DNA from: Candidatus Micrarchaeia archaeon
GTDB taxonomy: Archaea; Micrarchaeota; Micrarchaeia; Micrarchaeales; CABMGC01
DNA length: 18,552 bases
Direction of reading: 5' to 3'
Assembly: GCA_049964835.1 (NCBI GenBank)
Contig: JBMFWW010000014.1
Coordinates: forward strand, 1 to 18,552
Each line of letters opens with the position of its first letter. The stretch's first letter is position 1. Made by a program: the position numbers and the translations under genes. This document shows positions 7,020 through 16,296 of this stretch, in pieces. Below the pieces are notes generated by a model. That model ran no database searches. It was not told the origin of the DNA and saw only the letters and a program-made list of their open reading frames with translations.

Positions 7020-8147
7020 ATGAAACAAGCATTTGAAGTATTACCTAAAGATTTTGTATCCGAAACATATTTTTTAAAGCACAGCGACCATCTAACTGGA
7101 GCTATACCCAAAATAAATAAGAGTGGAGTAGTAATAGTTATGAAAGAAAAGGAGTATTATGGTGTTGTTGATGACAGACTTCTATATAGGAGCAATCAGA
7201 AAATAAACAAGTCAAATAAACTTAGTTCTTTTTCAGTGAAATTACCTCTTCTTGATGATCAAACAAGTATAGAAAAGGCCATAAATATCTTCTATTCGTC
7301 ACAAGCAAAGGCTCTTCCATATAGTTATAAAAATAAAATCCTAGGGGTAATAAAAAGAGAGACAATACTTAAGGCTATACTCTCTTTGCATATGGCGTCT
7401 GATCTCAAAGTGAAAGATATAATGTCTACTCCTGTAATAGCTGTAGAGCCTTCAATGAGCATTTCAAATGCAAAAAATTACATGCAAAAAAATAAGGTAA
7501 ACCGATTAGTAGTTTCATCTTCTGGAAAGTTAGACGGTATAATTACTTATAGGGATATACTGCAAAATACTGAAAGGATTCCGGAAAAAAGTTCAAAAGG
7601 AAGCAAAGCTGACAATGTTCAAAATAGCAGCATTTCATCAATCTATTCTACAAATCCTTTCACTGTAAATCATAACGACTCGGTAGATAATGCGATAAGA
7701 TTAATGATAGAAAATAAAATTTCATCTCTAGTCGTAACAAGAAGCAATAATCCTGCAGGCGTAATAACTACAAGAGACATACTAGAAGCATTAATAAAGA
7801 ATTCTGGTACAGTTGACGATATAGTAATATCCGGTTTAGATGATTATACAAAAGAGTACGAGGAGGAGATACGAGAAGAGATTAAAAAAATGGAAGAAAA
7901 GATACAAAAGTTCCATAAGATTAATGTAGAACATATAGTACTTAATGTGAAAAGACATAAGAGTAAAAATTACGAACTCCATATGCGTGTTTGGTTGGGT
8001 AAGAGAGGTGTAATATCACACAAGATGAGTGGCTTCTCACTTGAGACTGTACTATCCGAGCTAATAAAGAACTTTTATAATAGCATAAAGAAAGAAAAGG
8101 AAATGATATATATTAAAAAAGAGCCAATGGCTAGATATGATGAGTAA
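7020..8147 (+). CDS. Tandem CBS-domain protein with a C-terminal HPF/RaiA-like domain (archaeal Hib-type ribosome hibernation factor candidate)
   Basis: CBS signatures VKDIMSTPVIAV, NKVNRLVV...GIITYRDIL, ISSLVV...GVITTRDIL, with a degenerate N-terminal CBS pair. The C-terminal ~95 aa (IVISGLD...EKIQKF..IVLNVK..YELHMRV..ISHKMSGFSLETVLSELIKNF) fits the beta-alpha-beta-beta-beta-alpha HPF pattern. GGTG RBS at 7011. Confidence 0.8.
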   Translation: MKQAFEVLPKDFVSETYFLKHSDHLTGAIPKINKSGVVIVMKEKEYYGVVDDRLLYRSNQKINKSNKLSSFSVKLPLLDDQTSIEKAINIFYSSQAKALPYSYKNKILGVIKRETILKAILSLHMASDLKVKDIMSTPVIAVEPSMSISNAKNYMQKNKVNRLVVSSSGKLDGIITYRDILQNTERIPEKSSKGSKADNVQNSSISSIYSTNPFTVNHNDSVDNAIRLMIENKISSLVVTRSNNPAGVITTRDILEALIKNSGTVDDIVISGLDDYTKEYEEEIREEIKKMEEKIQKFHKINVEHIVLNVKRHKSKNYELHMRVWLGKRGVISHKMSGFSLETVLSELIKNFYNSIKKEKEMIYIKKEPMARYDE

Positions 8148-8607
8148 GAATTTAAAACTACAATCGAGCTTTGAGTTGCTTGTTACTTTATCTATAGGTT
8201 TAGCCATACTTCTTCCTCTAGTAATAATAGCATTTATACAGCTTTCAAACGCGAATGTTTCCGTAAGTTCAATACAATCACAGCAAGCAGCTTCAAAGCT
8301 AGCCAGCATAGCAACAACATTAGCTTCAGAAGGTCCACCTTCAAAACAATTTGTACAAATCCAAGTACCACAAGGTGTTCAAAACATTTATGTAGGCAAT
8401 GAGCAAGATGGCATAGGTCATATAATACTCTTTGTTGTACGTGCAGAAAACGGTCCTAGCTATATAACCGAGTATACACCTGCAAATATAAGCGGCAATC
8501 TGGGGGGAGTTGTAAATCAAGGTACGTATATTATTAATCTAACTGATGAAGCAAATTGTCCTTCAGATACATCTTTGAGTTGTGTTTATATGTCACCAGT
8601 AGTTTAA
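8137..8607 (+). CDS. Class III signal peptide (type IV pilin-like) protein
   Basis: N-terminus KLQSSFE followed by a hydrophobic helix (Q+1, E+5 pattern). The start overlaps the end of the CBS gene. Confidence 0.75.
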   Translation: MMSKNLKLQSSFELLVTLSIGLAILLPLVIIAFIQLSNANVSVSSIQSQQAASKLASIATTLASEGPPSKQFVQIQVPQGVQNIYVGNEQDGIGHIILFVVRAENGPSYITEYTPANISGNLGGVVNQGTYIINLTDEANCPSDTSLSCVYMSPVV

Positions 8608-8625
8608 TTATAAGTAATTGGTTTT

Positions 8626-11292
8626 ATGGTTTTAAAAGTACAGATAGCATTGGAGTTCATGATAATATTTTCATTCATAATGGTAATTTTTCTTTTCATG
8701 TTTGCTCTAATCGCTACACAAAGAAGCTCTGTTGCAAATCAGCAATCATATTCTGAACTTCAAAATATCGCGCAGAATATTGCTCAACAAATAGATCTTG
8801 CAGAAAGTTCAGGAAGTGGATATTACTCAAATATTAGTTTATACAGCCAAGTAGGAGTTCCAATATTTAATCTGAGCATAGAAAATGGTGGAATAGTAAT
8901 ACTAACATCAAAAATAGAAACACAATTTTTAAGAGCTTTAGCTTACTCTAATGTTAAAAATATAGAAGCACCGACATATTTGTCTAACAATACTTTAACT
9001 GTAGAAAATTATAACGGTCAGATATGTGTCGATACTCCATGTTTTAAACCAAATAACTATCCGAATATTCTTCAGACTTCAACACAAAAAACATCTATGA
9101 ATGGAAAATCAGGTTATTTAATCAATACTTACACATCAAATCAATCAGGTTCACCTTCACAAAACGCAATCATAGGATTTGCATCTACAAATAACAATTT
9201 TTCAAATTATGCATTTTCAGTAAACAAGACAAATAACTTCGGAGTTGCAAATGTATTCTTAAATAATTATAATTCATACTCTGGGTCATTAGTAAGGATT
9301 ACTCCATTTCAAGGTGGTACTGGAATGTTCCATAATCTAAGCCAGTTTCTACCGCTAAATTTAGGATCTGGAAATTATATTTATGATTTAAGCGGTTATA
9401 ATTCAATAGGATACTTGACAAATGTAAGTTGGGCAATGCCAAATTATGCTGCAGAATTTTTAGGCAACAGTTACATAAAATTAAATACACCACCAATTCA
9501 AAATTCATTTACAATCTCATTTTGGGTAATGCCATCCTCAATTGCTTCAGAACAAATACTCGGCCAAAACGGCACAGACTCTGGTACTCTATCATTGTCA
9601 ACCACATCTAGTCCATCAATGCCAAACTTTTATGAGCTTAATATTCAAGGATTTGGAAATGTAATGCTGGGCTCGTATATCCCCAATACGTGGTCTATGC
9701 TTAGTATAACGTATAATTCAATAACTGACAATTTAAGCACATATCAAAATGGTTATTTACTAAATTCTTATACTGACTCTATTTCTCCTAATACCATTGC
9801 TCCATTTTATATCGGTGCAGCAAATCCAATTTTTTCTAACTCATTATTTAGTGGGAAACTTGCAAATCTACAGTTTTACTCGGTTCCATTAAAACAAAAT
9901 GCAATACTAAATCTATCTGTTTTTGGAGTTAGTACGCCTCCAGTGCAGTCAGGAAATATACTCTTATGGATGCCACTAAATGGTGATATGAATAATTATG
10001 CCAATTCTTATACTAATAGCTATGGAATAAATGTTTTTGGAAGCATTCCTTTCATACAGCAATATCAACAAATTAACAACTCAATAAATCAAACAAATCT
10101 ATTAGTTGCTAATTTCAACGGCGCAAATTCATTAATATCAATTCAAAATCCGTATAACTCTATTTTAGACACAGGTTCTAGAGGCGGTGAATTTGCAGTT
10201 TCTTTATGGTTTAATCTAAGCTCGCAACAAGCGCAGCAGCCACTTTTAAGTACATATCCTTATACAACATGTGGTTTCTCTGCCAATATATTGACAACAA
10301 ATACAATTTTATTTTCTGACAACTGTGGCAACACAATATCTTATCAAATACCTTTATTTCAAAATAGATGGTATAATCTTATAATATCACGAACTTATTC
10401 TAATGCACTTAACTATTATGTTAATGGTGTTCTTGTCTATAATACCCAATTTCCTAGTATTGCAGATTCTGGCTCTTGGAGTTCAATAAATATAGGCACC
10501 TCTTCATCAGCTTTCTTTGATGGTTCAATGTCAAACATTCAATTTTATAATACATCAATATCAAATAATCAAGCCAAAGCGTTTTTTGATAAAGGCCTTT
10601 CATATATACCAAGATATGAAAATTTGACTTTATGGATGCCATTAGATGGCTCTCCTAACAATTTTATGTACAATTCAAATTCAGTGCCATCAAATATAAT
10701 TTATCAAGAAATATCAAATAAGCCTACAACTCCTTATTATCCATTGTTAAACTCAGGTTTGATATTTAATGGAAATGGTGGAGTTTCAGGCAACGCAAAC
10801 ACGGTAATCGGGACAAATACCTTTACAATAAACGCCTGGGTATATCCTGCTCCTTTTAATAGATTTTTTGAATTTGTAAATCAGTACGTTATCAATGGCG
10901 GTGCAATATCTCTTGCAATAAATAAGGGTACTGGGACGCCATCGAATTCATTTCTTCTTAATCTGTCAGTTTCATATGCAGGATCCTTTTATTATAATAT
11001 AGGTGGCGCCATAACTCCATACACATGGTCACAGATTACTGGCGTTTACAATGGTAAAAATCTTACAACATATATTAATGGTAAAGTGGCTTCTGTAGAA
11101 AAGTTTTCTGCAAATCTTCCAACTCAGGTAAGCTCATTTTCAATAGGTGGTTATAACATTGCAAACTTTCCATGGGATTATTCTGGAATAATAAGTGACG
11201 TATCGTTATACAAATCACCATTAAATAGCACACAGATAAATTATTTATACTACTCCGGAGCCCCTAAAAACTCTAAAGTGGTACTTCCATAG
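8626..11292 (+). CDS. Large pilin-like adhesin with three LamG/concanavalin-A-like domains
   Basis: KVQIALEF plus a hydrophobic helix, then three repeats with FTISFWV/FAVSLWF/FTINAWV, W..[LI]....., Y.NG and G..[AS][ND][LIV][QS][FL]Y. FLPLNLG, LWMPLNG and LWMPLDG motifs recur. Confidence 0.85.
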   Translation: MVLKVQIALEFMIIFSFIMVIFLFMFALIATQRSSVANQQSYSELQNIAQNIAQQIDLAESSGSGYYSNISLYSQVGVPIFNLSIENGGIVILTSKIETQFLRALAYSNVKNIEAPTYLSNNTLTVENYNGQICVDTPCFKPNNYPNILQTSTQKTSMNGKSGYLINTYTSNQSGSPSQNAIIGFASTNNNFSNYAFSVNKTNNFGVANVFLNNYNSYSGSLVRITPFQGGTGMFHNLSQFLPLNLGSGNYIYDLSGYNSIGYLTNVSWAMPNYAAEFLGNSYIKLNTPPIQNSFTISFWVMPSSIASEQILGQNGTDSGTLSLSTTSSPSMPNFYELNIQGFGNVMLGSYIPNTWSMLSITYNSITDNLSTYQNGYLLNSYTDSISPNTIAPFYIGAANPIFSNSLFSGKLANLQFYSVPLKQNAILNLSVFGVSTPPVQSGNILLWMPLNGDMNNYANSYTNSYGINVFGSIPFIQQYQQINNSINQTNLLVANFNGANSLISIQNPYNSILDTGSRGGEFAVSLWFNLSSQQAQQPLLSTYPYTTCGFSANILTTNTILFSDNCGNTISYQIPLFQNRWYNLIISRTYSNALNYYVNGVLVYNTQFPSIADSGSWSSINIGTSSSAFFDGSMSNIQFYNTSISNNQAKAFFDKGLSYIPRYENLTLWMPLDGSPNNFMYNSNSVPSNIIYQEISNKPTTPYYPLLNSGLIFNGNGGVSGNANTVIGTNTFTINAWVYPAPFNRFFEFVNQYVINGGAISLAINKGTGTPSNSFLLNLSVSYAGSFYYNIGGAITPYTWSQITGVYNGKNLTTYINGKVASVEKFSANLPTQVSSFSIGGYNIANFPWDYSGIISDVSLYKSPLNSTQINYLYYSGAPKNSKVVLP

Positions 11293-11302
11293 GTGTTATC
11301 AT

Positions 11303-11842
11303 ATGAGAGGACAATTTTGGTCATTTGATGCAGTTTTCGGCATACTTTTATTTATTTTAGGAATTATAATACTTACTTACTCATGGATTACAATAAGCGG
11401 CAACTATTCTTCTATATCTTCAGATAATACAGCGGTGATGCAAGCGGAGTTAAACCAGCTAAGCAGTGCACTTTTTTTAAGGGGCAATCCTACTAATTGG
11501 AATTCAGTTGTAAATGTTTCAAATCCTTCTACATGGTCTGGAGTTTCAGTAGGTTTGGGAAGTAATTACGGTTCAAGCGATATCTCTGAAAATAAGCTAC
11601 TTGCACTTCTTGCAATGTCTACTTACAATTATAGCTTGACAAAGGAAACTCTAGGGGTAACATTTGACTATTACATAAATATAACAACCAATATCCCTTC
11701 TTTTAGCATACAAATAGGTAAGAATCCAAATAACTTCAATCCTACTTCGGTAAATAAACTATCAGAACCTGTTTTAATAAATGGTCAACCAGGAAAAGCA
11801 ACAATAACTATATGGACAAATACAACATTTGGTGTTTCTTAG
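11303..11842 (+). CDS. Class III signal peptide (minor pilin-like) protein
   Basis: MRGQFWSFD followed by a hydrophobic helix, with a GNPTNW motif. GGTG RBS at about 11292. T-tract after the stop. Confidence 0.8.
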   Translation: MRGQFWSFDAVFGILLFILGIIILTYSWITISGNYSSISSDNTAVMQAELNQLSSALFLRGNPTNWNSVVNVSNPSTWSGVSVGLGSNYGSSDISENKLLALLAMSTYNYSLTKETLGVTFDYYINITTNIPSFSIQIGKNPNNFNPTSVNKLSEPVLINGQPGKATITIWTNTTFGVS

Positions 11843-11997
11843 TTTTTTGTATAAAGTTAAAAATATGTATGTGACAATTCAAAGCCATGAAACATACTAA
11901 TTTTAATCATGAGCTATCAGTTCACTAATTAATTATACTACTTAGTAACTTTATCAAAGTAGGCATAAAATACACATGCTTTATCGGTGGGAGAATG

Positions 11998-13008
11998 TCA
12001 CGCAGCTGATCCTATATTGCTGAATAGTCCTCCGAGTGCTATAGAAACTAAAAAGAATATAGCTAAACCTATGATTATGAACACTGGAAGATACTTTAAG
12101 CCACGTATTGCAGCGCCACTAGAAATAGAAGCTACAATAAATGCACTTATACCGCTTATCAGTATTATTGCTACAAGTGAAAATATATTATACTCTGAAG
12201 GAGTTATTGTTGGTGGTTGTGGCTTCAAAAATGATACGGTACTAACCTGCGATACAGAGCTTAATCCGTTAGGATTCTGCTGCAGAATACCGCTCCATAT
12301 TGTATCTGTTATTCCAATCATCTTATTCGTTAATGCATATAAGGTTGGTGCACCGATTACAGCTGCAAAGATTATAAATATAGTGTACATCAAAAGTTGA
12401 CTTCCTATTTCCTTTTGTATTATCTGTTGATTTCTAAGGTCTTTTGATATTTGACTCAGTATATCTGCCATTCCTCCTCCATACCTCATTGCTTCTGTCA
12501 TCATTCTTGCTGTTCTTTTAAGTTGTAAGGATCTATATCTATTGGATAAATTTATCAAAGCATTTGTCATAGTTTCTCCAAAGTACAGCTGCTTAGCCAT
12601 TAAAAGTACATCATCTTTGAAGTACTTAAAGTCAGGTCTTGCAGCTGATATCAAAGCTTTGTCTAATGACACTCCGCTTCTCATATTTGCTGAAGCTATC
12701 TGAAGGTAATCTGGCAGTATCTCATCTACGAAGCTCTTTCTTTTGTCTATCATATATTCTAATATAGCATATAAACTAAATTCGAATAGTCCTGCGGCAA
12801 CAATTCCTATAAATGCAGCAATGCCAAAATTAAAGTTGAAAACAAGTAGGCTAAAGAACGAGAAAATAATTAGTAATGCAAACCCTCCAAGTATTGCAAT
12901 CTCTATAAAACGATTTATTGTAATTTTAACTCCTGAAAGGTCAAGCTCATCAGATATAAACCTTGCCAGGTTTCTTGATATAAGTCTTTCAAATGAAATT
13001 GCCATCAT
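11998..13008 (-). CDS. Type II/IV secretion system F-family (TadC/ArlJ-like) membrane platform protein
   Basis: LPDYLQIASANMRSGVSLDKAL, YFGETMTNAL and RYGGGMADILSQISKDLR, plus several TM helices. Start is probably ATG 13008 or 13005 rather than GTG 13014. Confidence 0.9.
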   Translation of the reverse strand: MMAISFERLISRNLARFISDELDLSGVKITINRFIEIAILGGFALLIIFSFFSLLVFNFNFGIAAFIGIVAAGLFEFSLYAILEYMIDKRKSFVDEILPDYLQIASANMRSGVSLDKALISAARPDFKYFKDDVLLMAKQLYFGETMTNALINLSNRYRSLQLKRTARMMTEAMRYGGGMADILSQISKDLRNQQIIQKEIGSQLLMYTIFIIFAAVIGAPTLYALTNKMIGITDTIWSGILQQNPNGLSSVSQVSTVSFLKPQPPTITPSEYNIFSLVAIILISGISAFIVASISSGAAIRGLKYLPVFIIIGLAIFFLVSIALGGLFSNIGSAA

Positions 13009-13010
13009 AT

Positions 13011-14183
13011 TCACATACTAAACGAAGGTCTGGAACTCTTTATCATATTTAAGAATATTATTTGTATACCTACTATGAATACTAGTACCATTATGAGAGT
13101 TGTCGTATTTATTGTTATTAAACTTATGAAGGTAGTCATTATCGCAGCAACTGCTATTCCCATACTTGGGAATATTACTCCAAATATCATATAAAACATA
13201 GCAAGAGCATTTAATCGTTGTCCATATCTTCTCAATTCTATTACGCGCTCTTGCATAATATCATCTATCACGCTTTGAAGTGATGTTGTTATATCTGCAC
13301 CTACTTTTATGCTTATACTAGCTTGAAGCATTATCCTTTTAAAGATCTTAGAGTAACTTTTTTCACTTATCTCATCAATAGCTTGTTCAATAGGCATACC
13401 TAGCTGCACTAAAGATACAATCTTTCCAAACTCAACGCTAGCCCATCCATATCCTGTACTTATTGAGGTAATTGCATTAAACAGTGGCATACCAGATCTC
13501 ATACCTATTACCATATCTCTTGTAGCAAATAATATGTCTTTGTCTATCTCTTTTCCTAACTTTCTACCTCTAGTTATTGGATAATTTATAAAATTGTTAA
13601 AGAATATATTGTACATAGCTATTAACGTAACAAGAGCTATAATAATAGAAGCTAGGGGGCTTACATTTAATTTATAAAGTATAGCAAAAACTAGAATTGA
13701 TGTCACTATAGCTAATAATATAGAGAACATCATCATTCTTTTTATAAAATCATAGGCGCTACTTTTAATTCCTATATCTCTCAATGCAGAATCCAATCCT
13801 TTTTTAGAAATTATTATTCTTGTTATATACGTGCTTTGTGCTTTAATTTTCTTATTCATTTTAGATTTATTTTTACTTTGGTCTGCAGAAGTATCTTGTG
13901 GCGTTGCATTTTGCTTGTTTGTTGATGTGCTTGAAAAATCTGAGTTAGTTTGATTCATATTTATATTACTTATATTTTTGCTTTGATTGGTAATAGGACC
14001 CGCAACATTAACATTGTTATTCTGCTGTAATTTTGTATTTTTGTTATTACCTTTCTTATCATCATAAATAGGTTTAGACTTTATCTTAAAAAATAAGAAC
14101 TTTTTACTTTTTGTGAATGCTACTGGTTTAGTAGAATCTTGACTATTGTTAATTCCAGTAACATTGTTCGTATCTTCTGCCAT
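13011..14183 (-). CDS. Second GspF/TadB-like membrane platform protein with a long low-complexity N-terminal extension
   Basis: MRSGMPLFNAI, GMPIEQAI and VGADITTSLQ, plus TM helices. ATG at 14183 is preceded by GTGA (ORF track starts at 14210). Confidence 0.88.
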   Translation of the reverse strand: MAEDTNNVTGINNSQDSTKPVAFTKSKKFLFFKIKSKPIYDDKKGNNKNTKLQQNNNVNVAGPITNQSKNISNINMNQTNSDFSSTSTNKQNATPQDTSADQSKNKSKMNKKIKAQSTYITRIIISKKGLDSALRDIGIKSSAYDFIKRMMMFSILLAIVTSILVFAILYKLNVSPLASIIIALVTLIAMYNIFFNNFINYPITRGRKLGKEIDKDILFATRDMVIGMRSGMPLFNAITSISTGYGWASVEFGKIVSLVQLGMPIEQAIDEISEKSYSKIFKRIMLQASISIKVGADITTSLQSVIDDIMQERVIELRRYGQRLNALAMFYMIFGVIFPSMGIAVAAIMTTFISLITINTTTLIMVLVFIVGIQIIFLNMIKSSRPSFSM

Positions 14184-14214
14184 CAAATTCACTAATCTAT
14201 ACACAGGCATTATT

Positions 14215-14787
14215 TTATATATTAGCTAATTTTTTAATTACTTCCTCTAATCTCTGATTTCTTATTTCTCCGTCCCCTCCAATAGAAATCCCCTTTTTTG
14301 TAATTGTTTTAATATAATTGTATAATCCGTTAGTTTCTTCTTTAATTATCTTTATCTGCTCTTCAGTAAATACCTTCTGATCTAAACCTATACTTATTTT
14401 TTCCAGTTCGTTTATCTGGTCATCAGTCGATAAATTTACTAAAATGAGAGTATTCTTTTTCGAAGCTCCAATGTTCATATCTTTTATATCTGTAATAACA
14501 TTTTTTCCAATTTCAGATATTGTACCTTGTAATTCTTTTTCAGCATCCTTTAAAATATCTTCTAAGAATGAAGAACCACTTTGATATATACCTGCTGTGT
14601 TCTGCATTTTGGTATTTTGTGTTACCCCTTTAGACCCAAAAAGATCCAAGACCTTTTCATAATCATAATCAAAAATATTGCTTTGTTGTGTCAACGCCCT
14701 GCCAAAGTCTATACTTACATTTTTTTCATCTGTTTTATTCATATTAGAAAGTATATTTATTACATCTTCATACTTTAATTCTTCCAT
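14215..14787 (-). CDS. Hypothetical acidic, soluble helical protein in the pilus assembly operon
   Basis: 190-aa ORF packed between the ATPase and TadB-like genes with very short gaps. No TM segment and no recognised motif. Confidence 0.75.
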   Translation of the reverse strand: MEELKYEDVINILSNMNKTDEKNVSIDFGRALTQQSNIFDYDYEKVLDLFGSKGVTQNTKMQNTAGIYQSGSSFLEDILKDAEKELQGTISEIGKNVITDIKDMNIGASKKNTLILVNLSTDDQINELEKISIGLDQKVFTEEQIKIIKEETNGLYNYIKTITKKGISIGGDGEIRNQRLEEVIKKLANI

Positions 14788-14791
14788 TTAA

Positions 14792-16288
14792 TCATTTAAA
14801 TAGTTCTTTATTATATGTCAAATTTTCCTTTACAACATCTAAAACTTTGGTTGGATTTTTATAGTAATTTGCTACTATAAAACCTGATGTTGTTATATCA
14901 AAAATCTTATTTCTTATCATCCAATCTATAATACTCGCTTTTTCTGCTATATCCTGATTTATCTCTTGAAATGAGTAACCTCCATATAACGATATTGTCT
15001 GTCCAAGTCTTGTTATATCCCCTACTTTCAAGAAAAGATCATTTCTTATGTCCCATCTTGATAAGACATTTACATCTCCCGAATTTGTAATTTCACCGAA
15101 TTCCAACATTCTTCTTATACCTAATCTTCTATGCCTAAATAATGAAACAACTGCTCCTATCGAATTAAGCATAATTTTAGGTATATCGATAGGTGGATTT
15201 GTCATTCTTATTATTGTATCTTGTGCATTATCTGCGTGAAGTGTACCATATACTGCGTGACCTGTGTGTATAGCCTCAAAAAGAGTTTCAGCATCATTCT
15301 TGACTCTAATTTCTCCAATTAGCATTATATCTGGTCTTTGTCTCAATGCGTTTATCATCAAGTCATAAAGCTTAACCTCTCCTTTTCCTTCAGGATTTGG
15401 CTGTCTCGTTTGCATAGGTATCCACTGAAGAAACTCAGGAAGACTAAGTTCTCTTGTATCTTCAACAGATATTATTCTTCTATTCGGAGGCATAAACATG
15501 CTCATGGCGTTGAGAAAACTTGTCTTTCCGCTTGCCGTACCTCCAGAAATTAGTATACTTATTTCATTTTGTATGCTTAACCAAATAAGTCCTGCAAGTT
15601 CTGAGGATAATGCTTTATTATATACCAATGCAGGCATGCTCCAAGGATTTGTAGCAAACTTTCTTATTGTTATTGTATTTCCTTTTACTGATATTGGAAA
15701 TAATGTTGCATTTACTCTTGATCCATCAGCTAATTCAGCATCCATTATTGGTGTTAAATTACTTATCTCCCTTCCAACTCTTCTCCCTATTTGTTCTGAT
15801 ATTTCATATATCGATGTTTCACTTTCAAGTTTTATAGTTGATTTGCACCAACCATGGTCTTTATGAAATACCCAAACCGGTTCATTTGCAGTATTAACTG
15901 CTACTTCTTCAAGATTTTCATCTGCAAGAAATACTTCAAGATCTCCAAGACCCAGAAACATATTTTTTATATAAGCTATAAGTGTATTTTTTATATCATC
16001 TGTTAATCCTGGTAAATATTTTTCTAATACTGTTTCTATAAAATTTTGGTAATTTTTGTTTAATTCTTTTATATAATTTTCATCTTGTAATCTTTGTTGA
16101 TCTACTGGCACTGAAGCTAAAATTTCAGGGCGCATAGACCCAAGCAGAATTTTTGTTGCTTCCCCTATTCCTGCATATGTTACATCATAAATAGGTACAA
16201 ATTCACCTTTCTTAGATATCTCTATATTAATGACAAGACCGTTGGCATTAATCATATACTTTGCAAGTTTAACTTCTTCTGGTTCCAT
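14792..16288 (-). CDS. Type IV pilus assembly ATPase (VirB11/TadA/ArlI family)
   Basis: GSRVNAT, ITIRKF, Walker A GGTASGKTS, Asp box SVEDTREL, LRQRPD..LIGEIR and His box HTGH..GTLHA. Likely start is ATG 16288 (ORF track GTG 16300). Confidence 0.95.
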   Translation of the reverse strand: MEPEEVKLAKYMINANGLVINIEISKKGEFVPIYDVTYAGIGEATKILLGSMRPEILASVPVDQQRLQDENYIKELNKNYQNFIETVLEKYLPGLTDDIKNTLIAYIKNMFLGLGDLEVFLADENLEEVAVNTANEPVWVFHKDHGWCKSTIKLESETSIYEISEQIGRRVGREISNLTPIMDAELADGSRVNATLFPISVKGNTITIRKFATNPWSMPALVYNKALSSELAGLIWLSIQNEISILISGGTASGKTSFLNAMSMFMPPNRRIISVEDTRELSLPEFLQWIPMQTRQPNPEGKGEVKLYDLMINALRQRPDIMLIGEIRVKNDAETLFEAIHTGHAVYGTLHADNAQDTIIRMTNPPIDIPKIMLNSIGAVVSLFRHRRLGIRRMLEFGEITNSGDVNVLSRWDIRNDLFLKVGDITRLGQTISLYGGYSFQEINQDIAEKASIIDWMIRNKIFDITTSGFIVANYYKNPTKVLDVVKENLTYNKELFK

Positions 16289-16296
16289 AAAACATC

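Noticed and set aside
11998..16288. Archaellum (arlI/arlJ) operon
   Set aside because: There are two separate F-family genes, and no archaellin, arlH, arlF or arlG is present, which fits a pilus system better.
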